Assembly (NCBI GenBank): GCA_963778655.1
Contig: CAVZVA010000010.1
Coordinates: forward strand, 1,312,001 to 1,376,000
DNA: 64,000 bases
Direction of reading: 5' to 3'
From: an uncultured delta proteobacterium
Lineage (GTDB): Bacteria; Myxococcota_A; Polyangia; Polyangiales; JAFGIB01
Shown here one piece after another: positions 54,031 to 63,361 of this stretch. The position numbers and the translations under genes were made by a program. How positions within the stretch are numbered: the first letter of the stretch is position 1; every line of letters starts with the position of its first letter. A model generated the notes under the pieces. It had not been told where the DNA came from. It saw only the letters and a program-made list of their open reading frames with translations, and did not search any database.

Positions 54031-56670
54031 GTGCGCAGAGTAGTCACGCTGAGCTGTCTGTGGATCGCGTGGGCGAGCGCGGGGACCGCGCGCGCCTTCG
54101 GGCCGACGCCGATGTGCGCCCTGCCGCTGCCCGAGGAGCCCTCCCCGCCGGTGTGCGGGCCGGCCCAGCTCGTGCCGGCGCCGCCCGTGCTGTGTCTGGC
54201 CGGACTGCCCGAGCCCCAGGCACTGGGCGGTGGCGCGGTCTCTAGCGGCGCGGCCGACATCGAAGCGGCACGCGTCGCGATGCGGCAGGCCGAAGCTCTT
54301 GCCGATGCGGGCAAGCTCGGCGATTCGATGCTTCAGCTGCGCGTGGTCGAGCGCCTGATGCCGCGCGTCGCAGATCGCATTGCGCTGCGCCGCGGTGAGC
54401 TGCTGCGCCGGCTGTCGATGCCCGAGCAGGCGTGCGATGCGTTCGCGCTGGCCGCCGCCAGCCCCGACCGGGGGATCACGGCGCGCGCGCAAATCGACGG
54501 GGTCCGCTGTCTGCTGCAGGCCGGCAACCGCAAGGGCGAGCGCGCGTTCGAGCGCCTGCTGCGCCGCTACCCCCACCTGACCGAGCGCCAGGGCCTGAGC
54601 TACGAGCTCGCCCTCGCGCGCGAGGGTTGGGGTCGGGTGAGCTCGGCCGTCGCGCTGCTGCGCAGGATCGACCTCGACGATCCCGCGAGCGCGGTCGCAC
54701 GGAGCGCGCGCGAGGAGCTCGCGCGCCTGCAGTCCCAGGGCGTCAAGGTGGCGCCGTATTCGGCCCCCGAGCGCGTCGCCCGGGCCGAGCACATGCTCTA
54801 CGACGGGCCGTTCGATCAGGCTACTGCCGAAGTGGACGCGCTGTTGCAGGACCACCACCTGAGCGCGGAGCTGCGCGCCAAGGTGTTGCAGCTCTCGGCG
54901 CGTATCGCGCGGCTGCAGGGCCGCTGGGACGCAGCCCGCGACGACGCCCGGCGCGCCGAGGCGGGCGGCGCGCCTGCGGCCACCGAGGCCACGCCGGCGC
55001 AAGCCGACGAGCAGGAGCGCGAAGCGGCCGAGCGCCGCATCCGCGCGCTGCGCTCCGGCCGCAGCATCGCGCACCTGCGCAACGCGCAGCTGCTGCGCGT
55101 GTTCGACGTCGCGGTCGAGCATGGGCTGCAGAGCGAATGCGACGAGGCGCTCGACGCCATGCGTACCCGCCGCCACCTGGGCTCGGCGCTGCGCTTCAAT
55201 GCCGCGATCCACGCCACGGGCGTGGCCTCCGACGACAAGATCGCCCGGCTGCTCGAGACCCTGCTCGACGTGCCTCGCTACCGCGTGTCTGCGCGCTACC
55301 ACTACGCGCGCGCGCTCGAACGCATGGGGCGGCAGGGCGAGGCCGAAGCCCAGTATCTGCAGGTGATCGGCGCCGAGCGCGGGAGGAGCCCGTACTACTC
55401 CATGTGGGCCGACCTGCGGCTGTGGACGATTCAGAGCCAGAGCCGCGAGAGCTGCTTGCCGCCGGCCACGGCCGCATCGTTGCGGGCGAGCGCCGGCGCG
55501 GCCAGGTCGAGCGGCGCGCTGACCAAGCAGCTGGTCGCGACCCCGGCCGACGCCAGCGCGAGCGCCGCCAAGTGGATCTCGCCCGCCGACGCCGGCGACG
55601 CGCCGGATGCCGCTCTTAGCCCCGCCATGTCGCTGCTCGGCGCCATCTTCGACGGCGCCGCGCCCACGCCGCAGCGGCGCGTGCGGCCCTTGCCGATCGC
55701 TCGGGGCCCGCTGCCAGCCACGACCTCGCTGGCGCCGCCCGAGCGCCTGGACGACGCCGGCCGCGCGGCGCCGGCGCCGGGCCCCGCGCAGCTGCGGCAG
55801 CGCGTGCTCGCGTTGCTCGAGCCGCTTGCCGAGCAATACGGCGAGGCCTACCCGTGGTTGCTGCGGGCCGAAGACCTGGTGCAGCTGGAGCTGTTCGACG
55901 AGGCCGCCGACGAGATCAACGAGGCCTACCTGGCTTACCGCGATGCCAGCGGCGCGCTGCGACTGCGCTCGGGCTTGGTCGCGCTGTGGACCGGCAGCGC
56001 CCCGCCCCGCCGGCCGATGACCTATGCCGTGCGCCGGGCGCGACGCGCGCTCGACCGCCCCGCGCGCCGGAGCCTGGGCAACATCGCCGCCATGCTGGGC
56101 GACCCGGGCGTGGGCGTGCGCTTCGGCGGCGACCGCCTCGACGCCCGCCCGCGCGCCTACGCCGACCTGGTGGAGAGCGCCGCGCACAAGTACGGGCTCG
56201 ACCCGAACCTTTTGTTCGCGGTGATGCGGGTCGAGTCGATCTACAACCGCCGCATCGTCTCGAACGCGGGTGCCGTGGGACTGATGCAGATCATGCCCGC
56301 TACCGGCGAGCGCATCGCGCGCCAGCTCGGCGTGTCGGACTTCGACCCGGTCGACCTGCTCGATCCGCGGCGCAACCTCGAGTTCTCGGCCTGGTACCTG
56401 GCATCGCTGCTGCAGCGCTTCGACGGGCGGCTGCCGCTGGCGATCGCGTCGTACAACGGCGGGCCGCACAACGTGCGGCTGTGGCTGCGCGCGAGCCCCA
56501 GTCACATGCCGCTCGACGCCTTTCTCGAGCGCATTCCTTTCAGCCAGACCCACGAATACGTGCGGCGGGTGCTGGTCTACTACTCGCAGTATCGAGCTCA
56601 ACAGAACCTGCCGATGACGCGGCTCTCGGTCGAGCTGCCCGAGCAGCGACCCGACCCACTGGCCTTCTGA
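54031..56670 (+). CDS. Lytic transglycosylase (SLT domain, TPR-like N-terminus)
   Basis: RVES catalytic motif, GAVGLMQIMP, ASYNGGP, IPFSQTHEYV; signal peptide. Confidence 0.92.
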   Translation: MRRVVTLSCLWIAWASAGTARAFGPTPMCALPLPEEPSPPVCGPAQLVPAPPVLCLAGLPEPQALGGGAVSSGAADIEAARVAMRQAEALADAGKLGDSMLQLRVVERLMPRVADRIALRRGELLRRLSMPEQACDAFALAAASPDRGITARAQIDGVRCLLQAGNRKGERAFERLLRRYPHLTERQGLSYELALAREGWGRVSSAVALLRRIDLDDPASAVARSAREELARLQSQGVKVAPYSAPERVARAEHMLYDGPFDQATAEVDALLQDHHLSAELRAKVLQLSARIARLQGRWDAARDDARRAEAGGAPAATEATPAQADEQEREAAERRIRALRSGRSIAHLRNAQLLRVFDVAVEHGLQSECDEALDAMRTRRHLGSALRFNAAIHATGVASDDKIARLLETLLDVPRYRVSARYHYARALERMGRQGEAEAQYLQVIGAERGRSPYYSMWADLRLWTIQSQSRESCLPPATAASLRASAGAARSSGALTKQLVATPADASASAAKWISPADAGDAPDAALSPAMSLLGAIFDGAAPTPQRRVRPLPIARGPLPATTSLAPPERLDDAGRAAPAPGPAQLRQRVLALLEPLAEQYGEAYPWLLRAEDLVQLELFDEAADEINEAYLAYRDASGALRLRSGLVALWTGSAPPRRPMTYAVRRARRALDRPARRSLGNIAAMLGDPGVGVRFGGDRLDARPRAYADLVESAAHKYGLDPNLLFAVMRVESIYNRRIVSNAGAVGLMQIMPATGERIARQLGVSDFDPVDLLDPRRNLEFSAWYLASLLQRFDGRLPLAIASYNGGPHNVRLWLRASPSHMPLDAFLERIPFSQTHEYVRRVLVYYSQYRAQQNLPMTRLSVELPEQRPDPLAF

Positions 56671-56743
56671 GCCCGAGCACGCGGCGGGGAAATCGCGGTT
56701 GCCTGCGGTCCGCTGCGGGTCAGCGCGGCCCCCCGTGCCCAGA

Positions 56744-56796
56744 AACAGCAAGGCGGGAAGACGGAGAGTCTCTCTGGTGCTCTTCCCGTCTTGCTG
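56744..56796. repeat. Palindromic intergenic repeat (REP-like), copy 3
   Basis: AACAGCAAGGCGGGAAGACGGAG...CTCTTCCCGTCTTGCTG between slt and pntA. Confidence 0.78.
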
Positions 56797-56875
56797 CAAA
56801 CCGGATCGACCCAACCCCACGGCGCCGCCGCAGCCCGACATTGCGGCATGCCCGAAAACGGGTATACAGGCGGCC

Positions 56876-58033
56876 ATGTCAGCCAAGCTCTTCGTCCCCA
56901 GGGAGCATGCACCGGGCGAGACCCGGGTCGCGGCCACCCCCGACACGGTCAAGCGTCTGATCAAAGCCGGCTTCGAGGTCGCGGTCGAGGCGGGCGCCGG
57001 CCAGGCCGCACACATCGCCGACAAGGCGTTCGTGGACGCCGGTGCCAGTATCAGCACCGACCCCAGGAGCGCGTGGTCGAGCGCGGACGTGATCATCAAG
57101 ATCGGCCCGCCCGCGCACAGCTCGAGCCTGGGCGTGCACGAGGCCAGCCTGCTCAAGGAGGGCGCGATCTTGGTCGCCCACGTCTGGGCGCACAAGAACC
57201 TGCCCGTGGTCAAGCTGCTGCGCGAGCGCAAGGTGAGCTGTCTAGCGCTCGAGCTGCTGCCGCGCATCAGCCGCGCGCAGAGCATGGATACGTTGTCGTC
57301 GCAGGCCAATATCGCCGGCTACAAGGCGGTGGTGCTGGCGGCCGCGCGCCTGGGCAAGTACTTCCCGCTGCTGATGACCGCCGCGGGCACGATTCAGCCG
57401 GCCAAGGTCGTGATCATGGGCGCCGGCGTGGCGGGCCTGCAGGCGATCGCGACCGCGCGGCGGCTGGGCGCCCTGGTCGAGGTCAGCGACATCAGGCCCG
57501 AGGTCAAGGAGCAAGTCGCCTCGCTGGGCGGGAGGTTCATCGATCTCCCGATGGCGGAGAGCGGCAGTGGCGAGGGCGGTTATGCCAAGGAGGTCAGCAG
57601 CGACTTCCTGCAGAAGCAGCAGGCCATCATCGCGGCCAAGGTCGCGGCCGCGGACGTCGTGATCACCACGGCCCAGGTGCCCGGCCGGCCCGCGCCGCGT
57701 CTGATCACCGCGGACATGGTGCGCGCCATGCGCGAGGGCTCGGTGATCGTCGACCTGGCTGCCGACTCGGGCGGCAACTGCGAGCTGACCGAGAACGGCA
57801 AAGAAGTGCAAAAGCACGGCGTGCTGATCCTCGGCTATTCCGACCTACCCGCGAGCATGCCGCAGGACGCCAGCGCGCTGTTCGCGCGCAACGTGGTCGC
57901 GCTGCTCGCCCTGGTGATGGGCAAGGAAGGGCTCAAGCTCGACCTCGGCGACGAGATCATCGCCGGCGCCCTGCTCACCCACCAGGGTGAGGTCGTGCAC
58001 AAGCGCACCGCCGAGGCGCTCGCCGCGAGCTGA
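56876..58033 (+). CDS. pntA: NAD(P) transhydrogenase alpha subunit, soluble domain I only
   Basis: ETRVAATP, PRISRAQSMD, GAGVAGLQAIATA, GEGGYAK, DLAADSGGNCE; 385 aa, no TM part. Confidence 0.93.
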   Translation: MSAKLFVPREHAPGETRVAATPDTVKRLIKAGFEVAVEAGAGQAAHIADKAFVDAGASISTDPRSAWSSADVIIKIGPPAHSSSLGVHEASLLKEGAILVAHVWAHKNLPVVKLLRERKVSCLALELLPRISRAQSMDTLSSQANIAGYKAVVLAAARLGKYFPLLMTAAGTIQPAKVVIMGAGVAGLQAIATARRLGALVEVSDIRPEVKEQVASLGGRFIDLPMAESGSGEGGYAKEVSSDFLQKQQAIIAAKVAAADVVITTAQVPGRPAPRLITADMVRAMREGSVIVDLAADSGGNCELTENGKEVQKHGVLILGYSDLPASMPQDASALFARNVVALLALVMGKEGLKLDLGDEIIAGALLTHQGEVVHKRTAEALAAS

Positions 58034-58039
58034 CTCTCG

Positions 58040-58066
58040 GGCCGCAGGGCCGTGTGACCTGCGGCC
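58040..58066. terminator. Possible terminator hairpin between convergent genes
   Basis: GGCCGCAGG-9 nt-CCTGCGGCC just after the pntA stop; no U-tract. Confidence 0.35.
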
Positions 58067-58166
58067 GCGTGATCAACCCAGAGGGAGCGGATCGACCCGC
58101 GCGGGAAGGGCTCACAGACCCCGACCGCTCTGCTGGCGGCCCGCGATCCTTGCTCTAGGCGGAGCG

Positions 58167-60002
58167 CTAGAAGTGCTGGGTGAAGCTGACTGAAGCCACG
58201 TCCAGATTGTAGTAGTAGCTGCCGGCGTTGACGAAGTCGGGGCCCGGCATCGTGAGCGAGCGCGTGACGTCGCCGTTTGGGATCTCGACGCCGGCGGTGC
58301 CGTCGAAGCCGTTGCGCTGATCGGCGCCCGTGCCGTCGGCGCCCACCACACCCAGACCGGGCTGGAAGTGATCCTCCGCGGTCTTGTACTTCTTCGGGTA
58401 GGGGCTGTTGGTGTAGTTCTCGTTGACCTGCAGGCGGACCTTGCGCTGGATGAAGTGCGCCCAAGCGAACGAGATGTCGGTCTTGTCGGCCACGCGCAGG
58501 GTGAAGCCCCCGTGGATGCCGATGCGGCGCAGCATGTAGTCCATCACGTTGAGGAAGTCGATCTTCTGCCCGTCGGTCTCGTACGAAACGCCCGCGCGCA
58601 CCGCGAACAGCCCGGGCAGCACGTTGTAGTCGCCACCCAGACGCGCCGAGATCTGGTTCTTGCCCCCAAAGTTCGTGCGCACGATGCGCTCGCCGGCGCA
58701 CTGCTTGGTCATCGGATCGACCGGCTGGATGCAGCGGCCGACCGAGAAGAAGGACTCTGAGGTGACGCCGGCGGAGTCGATGCTTCGCAGCACGGAGTTT
58801 GCGCTCTGCGTGGTGAAGCCCTGATAGTCGTACGCCGAGTTGAAGTAGTAGATGGCGTCGGCCTCCACGTCCCAGCGCTCGGTCAGCATGTGGTCCTCGA
58901 CCGTGCGTCCGGCCGCCTCATGGGCCTTCGCCCGGTCCTTCGGCTCCGGCTTGAGGCGCTGCGCATAGCGCAGGCCGAGCGAGAGCTGCGGCACCCAGAT
59001 CGGCGGCGAGTTGACGATGCCGGTCTGGTTGTTGAGGGTGGTCGGGATGGTGCTACCGACCTTGTGCATCTGGCCCATCGCGTCCACGTAATCGAAGACC
59101 TGGCCCGTGCCGAACACGCCGGAGGTGATGTCGAGCTTAGCCTTGCTCACGACGCGATCGGACCACTTGAATCCGATCGCGATGTCGAGCGCATCGATCG
59201 GCTTGAGATCGACCGACGCGATCACGCCGGGGATGAACAGGTCGCGGCCGAAGACGTCGGTGCGGACGTCCTTGCGCGGGTCGTATGCGCCGGCCAGCGC
59301 TTGCGTCCAGTTGGACGCCTCGAACGCCGCGACGTTCCATTGGAAGCCGGCGCCGACGCGGATCCACGGAGCGATGCGATAGCCGATCGCGCCGAGCAGC
59401 GAGAAGAACGACACGTTCAGGTGCGAGCGGTAGTAGCGCAGGGGGTTGGGCCGCAAGCCTTCGGGCGTGTCGATGGTTCCGTCCCGATTGCCCCACTGGT
59501 TGATCTCGGCGGTGTCGGGTGGAAAGAAGCCGAGCCCCACGCCGAGGTCAGGGCTGAGCTTCATCGTTAGCCCGATCTGCGGCAGGAAGATCGCACCGCC
59601 CCGATAGCACACGTTCGGATACGGCTGATCGGAGTACCCGACCAGCGGCTTGCCGTTGAGGTCCTTGTCGCCCGACTGCGCCTGCATGTAGACCGGGCCC
59701 TGGCCGAAGTCGCTGACGTCGTCGCCGGTGACGCGCAGGCCGTAGGCGCCGGTCGGCTGAAAGCAAGCTCTCGGCAGCAGGAAGTGCGCGCCGATCAGCG
59801 CCTGGTTGTCCCACAGATCGGCGAGCAGAGCCGGGTTGCGAGTCATCAAGCTGGGGTCGTCCGCGCGCGCGAAGCCGGCTCCGCCGCGTCCGAGCGAACG
59901 GGTGCCGCCGGCGGGAAACTCCGGACCGCCCGCTCTGGCGATCTGCGGCCAGGCCACGAGCAACAATGGGAACAGCACGATCGCTAGAGCGCGAAGACGC
60001 AT
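58167..60002 (-). CDS. FadL/OmpP1-like outer membrane transporter
   Basis: Signal peptide, GTRSLGRGGAG.ARADDP....NPA hatch motif, beta-strand-rich body, terminal Phe. Confidence 0.8.
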   Translation of the reverse strand: MRLRALAIVLFPLLLVAWPQIARAGGPEFPAGGTRSLGRGGAGFARADDPSLMTRNPALLADLWDNQALIGAHFLLPRACFQPTGAYGLRVTGDDVSDFGQGPVYMQAQSGDKDLNGKPLVGYSDQPYPNVCYRGGAIFLPQIGLTMKLSPDLGVGLGFFPPDTAEINQWGNRDGTIDTPEGLRPNPLRYYRSHLNVSFFSLLGAIGYRIAPWIRVGAGFQWNVAAFEASNWTQALAGAYDPRKDVRTDVFGRDLFIPGVIASVDLKPIDALDIAIGFKWSDRVVSKAKLDITSGVFGTGQVFDYVDAMGQMHKVGSTIPTTLNNQTGIVNSPPIWVPQLSLGLRYAQRLKPEPKDRAKAHEAAGRTVEDHMLTERWDVEADAIYYFNSAYDYQGFTTQSANSVLRSIDSAGVTSESFFSVGRCIQPVDPMTKQCAGERIVRTNFGGKNQISARLGGDYNVLPGLFAVRAGVSYETDGQKIDFLNVMDYMLRRIGIHGGFTLRVADKTDISFAWAHFIQRKVRLQVNENYTNSPYPKKYKTAEDHFQPGLGVVGADGTGADQRNGFDGTAGVEIPNGDVTRSLTMPGPDFVNAGSYYYNLDVASVSFTQHF

Positions 60003-60214
60003 CGACCCTCCAAAAACGGGCGGAGCGTACTACCCTCGATGGCTCGTGGGAAGCCTTGAGCTAAAAGGGTAATGAGGGGTCGAATGGGGCAAGGGGCGCG
60101 AGTGGGTCCGCACCCGCCGGCACGCCGCCCGGTCGCGCGCCGACCGGCCCTTTTGTGCGCTGCATTGCAGGAGCGCCGCGGCGCCTTCGAATGGTCACGC
60201 TGCGACCGCCCGGG

Positions 60215-61594
60215 TCAGCCGAAGTGCTCGAAGGGCTCGCCGCCGCCCTCGTGGTGCTCCTCCAGGTTCTCGAAGCGGGTGTATTCCCGCTTGAAGATGC
60301 AGCGGACCGTGCCAGTCGGACCGGCGCGCTGCTTGCCGATGATCACCTCGGCGACGCCCTTGTCCGGGGACTCCGGGTTGTAGACCTCGTCGCGGTAGAT
60401 GAACAGGATGGTGTCGGCGTCCTGCTCGATCGCGCCCGACTCGCGCAGGTCCGAGAGCTGCGGCCGCTTGTCCTTGGTGCCGCGGGTCTCGACTCCCCGG
60501 TTGAGCTGCGAGAGCGCCATCACCGGCAGCGAAAGCTCCTTGGCCAGGGCCTTCAGGGAGCGGCTGATCTCGCTGATCTCCTGCTCCCGGCTCTCGGTGC
60601 GGGTACCCGAGCGCATCAGCTGCAGGTAGTCGACCACGACCAGCTCCAGGCCTTTTTCGGACTTCAGGCGCCGCGCCTTGGCCCGCAGCTCCATCATCGT
60701 CAGGCCTGGCGTGTCGTCCATCCAGAGCGGCAGCTCGCTCAGCTCGCCGGCCGCCCGCGTCAGCGGGGCCCAGTCGTCGCGGTTGAGTCGCCCGCTGCGC
60801 AGGCGGTTGCCGTCGACCCCGGCCTCGCTGCACAGCAGGCGGCGCGCCAGCTGCTCCTTGGGCATCTCCAGCGAGAACACCACCACCGGCGCCTGGCGCG
60901 CCCTGCACGCGTTGAGCGCGACGTTCAGCGCGAACGCCGTCTTGCCCATGCCCGGGCGGCCCGCGCAGATCACCAGATCGCCCGGGTGCATGCCGGCGGT
61001 GTACCAGTCGAGCAGCTTGAAGCCCGAAGGTAGCCCGGTGATGTGCTCCTTGCGCTCCGCAGCCTTCGTGATCTCCTCGAAGGTGCGCATCACCACTTCG
61101 TTGATGTGCTCGTACTTGCTGCGCAGCCGTTCCTTGGCCACCTCGAAGACGGCGCGCTCGGCCTCGTCGAGGAACTCGGCCATCGGCCCGTAGTCGCCGT
61201 AGCCGCGCGCCGCGGTCTCATAGCAGGCGTGGATCACACGCCGCACCACGGCCTTCTCTTGCACGATGCGCGCGTGAGCCTCGATGTTGGCCACGGTGGG
61301 AATGGTGTCGGTCAGCGCCAGCAGGTACTCGTCGCCGCCGGAGCGCTGCAGCTTGCCCGCGGTGACCAGGCGTTCGCGCAAGGTGATGGTATCGACCGGC
61401 TGGCCCTCGGCGAACAGCTCGAGCATCGCCTCGAATGCGATCGCGTGCGCGTCCTTGTAGAAGTCGCCCGGCCGCAGCGGCAGCTCGGTGACGACGTTGA
61501 GCGCGTCGTTTTCGAGCAAGATGCCGCCGAGCACTGCGCGCTCGGCATTCAAGTCGTGTGGGGGAACTCGACCGCTAGAGGGGCCATCCGCCAT
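60215..61594 (-). CDS. dnaB: Replicative DNA helicase
   Basis: PPHDLNAERAVLG, GRPGMGKT, VVDYLQLM, LSQLNR, DLRESGAIEQDAD; no intein. Confidence 0.97.
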   Translation of the reverse strand: MADGPSSGRVPPHDLNAERAVLGGILLENDALNVVTELPLRPGDFYKDAHAIAFEAMLELFAEGQPVDTITLRERLVTAGKLQRSGGDEYLLALTDTIPTVANIEAHARIVQEKAVVRRVIHACYETAARGYGDYGPMAEFLDEAERAVFEVAKERLRSKYEHINEVVMRTFEEITKAAERKEHITGLPSGFKLLDWYTAGMHPGDLVICAGRPGMGKTAFALNVALNACRARQAPVVVFSLEMPKEQLARRLLCSEAGVDGNRLRSGRLNRDDWAPLTRAAGELSELPLWMDDTPGLTMMELRAKARRLKSEKGLELVVVDYLQLMRSGTRTESREQEISEISRSLKALAKELSLPVMALSQLNRGVETRGTKDKRPQLSDLRESGAIEQDADTILFIYRDEVYNPESPDKGVAEVIIGKQRAGPTGTVRCIFKREYTRFENLEEHHEGGGEPFEHFG

Positions 61595-61805
61595 GTCGCA
61601 ACGCTCGCCTCGCTGGGACCGCTGAACATGACACAGCCGGCGGCCGGAATCACCGCCTTTGTCGCTGCGGAGCAACGCGCCGCAACGCTGCCGCGCACCA
61701 CTTCTGCTCCACCTGTTCAGCGCCGTCTCGGCTGTGCGCCGTGACTCGCATCGCACGCACACGCTCCCACCGCGCGCCGCTTCCGCGATGCAGCGATCCC
61801 GACCA

Positions 61806-61878
61806 TGCAACAGGAAGGCGAGAAGGCGGGAAGAACAACCCGTTCTTCGACTTCTCGACTTCCCGTCTTCCTGTGAAT
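61806..61878. repeat. Palindromic intergenic repeat (REP-like), copy 4
   Basis: CAACAGGAAGGCGAGAAGGCGGGAAGAAC-AACCC-GTTCTTCGACTTCTCGACTTCCCGTCTTCCTGTGAA, directly after the rplI stop. Confidence 0.82.
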
Positions 61879-61879
61879 T

Positions 61880-62335
61880 CTAACCCGGCACGACCACCAG
61901 CTTGAAGCTGGCGTTGACCTCGTGCCCGAGCTTGGCCGTGATCTGGTACTCGCCGAGCGCCTTGATCGCGTCGGGGATCTGCAGCTTCTTGCGATCGATC
62001 TCGATACCCCGGCTCGCGAGCGCCAGCGCGATGTCGCGCGAGGTGACCGAGCCGTAGAGCCGATCGCCTTCGCCCACCTGCATCGGGATCTCGATCGTCA
62101 GGCCCTCGATCTGGGCGGCCGCGCCCTCGGCGAGCTTGTGCTGCTTTTCGGCCTGCGCGAGCGCGAGACGCTGCTCGTGCTCGATCTGCTTGATGTTCTC
62201 GCCGGTCGCGACCGCGGCCAGCCCTCGCGGCAGCAGGTAGTTGCGCGCGAAGCCGGGCTTGACCCGCACGAGCTGGCCTGCGCGGCCGACCTTGTCCACG
62301 TCCTGCTTGAGAACGACCTGTACGTGCATGGCCAT
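61880..62335 (-). CDS. rplI: 50S ribosomal protein L9
   Basis: VVLKQDV..VG..GQLVRVKPGFARNYLLPRG; LYGSVT. Confidence 0.97.
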   Translation of the reverse strand: MAMHVQVVLKQDVDKVGRAGQLVRVKPGFARNYLLPRGLAAVATGENIKQIEHEQRLALAQAEKQHKLAEGAAAQIEGLTIEIPMQVGEGDRLYGSVTSRDIALALASRGIEIDRKKLQIPDAIKALGEYQITAKLGHEVNASFKLVVVPG

Positions 62336-62337
62336 AA

Positions 62338-62754
62338 TCACCCTCTGGACGTGTAGGGCATGAGCGCGAGCTGGCGCGCGCGCTTGACCGCACGCGTCAC
62401 CTCGCGCTGGTGCAGCGCGCAGTTGCCGGTGATGCGCCGCGGCACGAGCTTGCCGCGCTCGCTGATGAAGTACTTGAGCTGGCCCGGATCCTTGTAGTCG
62501 ATCGCGAGCTCCGAGTCGGCGCAGAAGCGGCACACCTTGCGCTTGCCGCCGCGGCGCCGCAAGGCCAACGGATCGCTGTCGCGGCCGCCTCCCTTGCCCT
62601 GGAAGTCGTCGTCGCGGTCGCGACCGTAGCCGCCGCCACCATAGCCGCCGCCACCATAGCCGCCGCCTCCGTAGCCGCCGCCTCCGTAGCCACCGCCGCC
62701 TCCGCCGCCGCCTCCGCCGTAGCCGCCGCCTCCGCCGTCTCGTGCGCCGTTCAT
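62338..62754 (-). CDS. rpsR: 30S ribosomal protein S18 (Zn-binding type) with Gly/Tyr-rich N-terminal extension
   Basis: [13 protein letters not shown]...[20 protein letters not shown]. Confidence 0.96.
   Translation of the reverse strand: MNGARDGGGGGYGGGGGGGGGGYGGGGYGGGGYGGGGYGGGGYGRDRDDDFQGKGGGRDSDPLALRRRGGKRKVCRFCADSELAIDYKDPGQLKYFISERGKLVPRRITGNCALHQREVTRAVKRARQLALMPYTSRG
62624..62737 (-). repeat. Coding tandem repeat (15-bp unit, GGGGY)
   Basis: CC(G/A)TAGCCGCCGCC(T/A) units inside the 5' end of rpsR. Confidence 0.85.
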
Positions 62755-63305
62755 GACTCGTCCTCCGTCGCGCCTGCATTGCTCGCGGCCGGGTCCTCGG
62801 CCTCCTCGGCCTCGAGCTCCTCGCCTTCACGCTCGTAGCTGCTCTCGCTGCGCTCGCTGCGCGGCCGTTCCACCAGCCCCAGGCGCTGGGCCAGCTCCGG
62901 CTCTTCCTCCACCGGCGCTTGCTCCAGGCGGTGGAACTCGGTGTCCTTGGGATCGACCTCGTAGTCGTCGACCCGCACGCGTTCCTTGAGCAGCACGGTC
63001 TGGAAGCGCACCACGTCGTCGATCAGGCGCAGGTTGCGCTCGACCTCGGCGACCATGTCGTTGAGGCCGACGTAGCGCACGTATACGAACGCCCCGCGCG
63101 TGGCCTTGCCGATCGGGTAGGCGAGCCGCCGGCGGCCCCAGTTGTCGACCCGGATCAGCTTGCCGCCGCGCGCGAGCACGGTCTCGCGCACGCGGCCTGC
63201 GATGCGATCGGCTTCGTCGGGCTCGACGCTCGAGCGCATGATGTAGATGGTCTCGTACTCACGCGCGCGAGGCTCTTCTAGAGGTGTGGCTTGTGCTGTG
63301 CTCAT
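62751..63305 (-). CDS. rpsF: 30S ribosomal protein S6 with acidic C-terminal tail
   Basis: [33 protein letters not shown]. Confidence 0.96.
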   Translation of the reverse strand: MSTAQATPLEEPRAREYETIYIMRSSVEPDEADRIAGRVRETVLARGGKLIRVDNWGRRRLAYPIGKATRGAFVYVRYVGLNDMVAEVERNLRLIDDVVRFQTVLLKERVRVDDYEVDPKDTEFHRLEQAPVEEEPELAQRLGLVERPRSERSESSYEREGEELEAEEAEDPAASNAGATEDES

Positions 63306-63308
63306 CGA

Positions 63309-63353
63309 TGCTCCCTTTGGACGATGGCCCCGGGCTCGCCGGAGCAGGGAAAC
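63309..63353 (-). ncRNA. Probable S6:S18 autoregulatory leader RNA
   Basis: Minus strand TTTCCCT-GCTCCGG-CGAGC-CCGGGGC-CATCGTCCAA-AGGGAG: the basal stem sequesters the rpsF SD, with an apical hairpin and a CC-containing internal loop, as in the known rpsF leader. Confidence 0.7.
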
Positions 63354-63361
63354 CTGGGCGG

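Noticed and set aside
28024..57309. Long antisense ORFs (28024..30885, 37635..40670, 40660..42558, 53971..57309)
   Set aside because: Mirror frames of tssM, clpV, tagH and slt with no motifs of their own.
60215..61594. Intein in DnaB
   Set aside because: Normal length (459 aa) with contiguous motifs.
40528..61878. CRISPR interpretation of the dispersed repeats
   Set aside because: The copies are isolated palindromes kilobases apart, with no repeat-spacer array and no cas genes.
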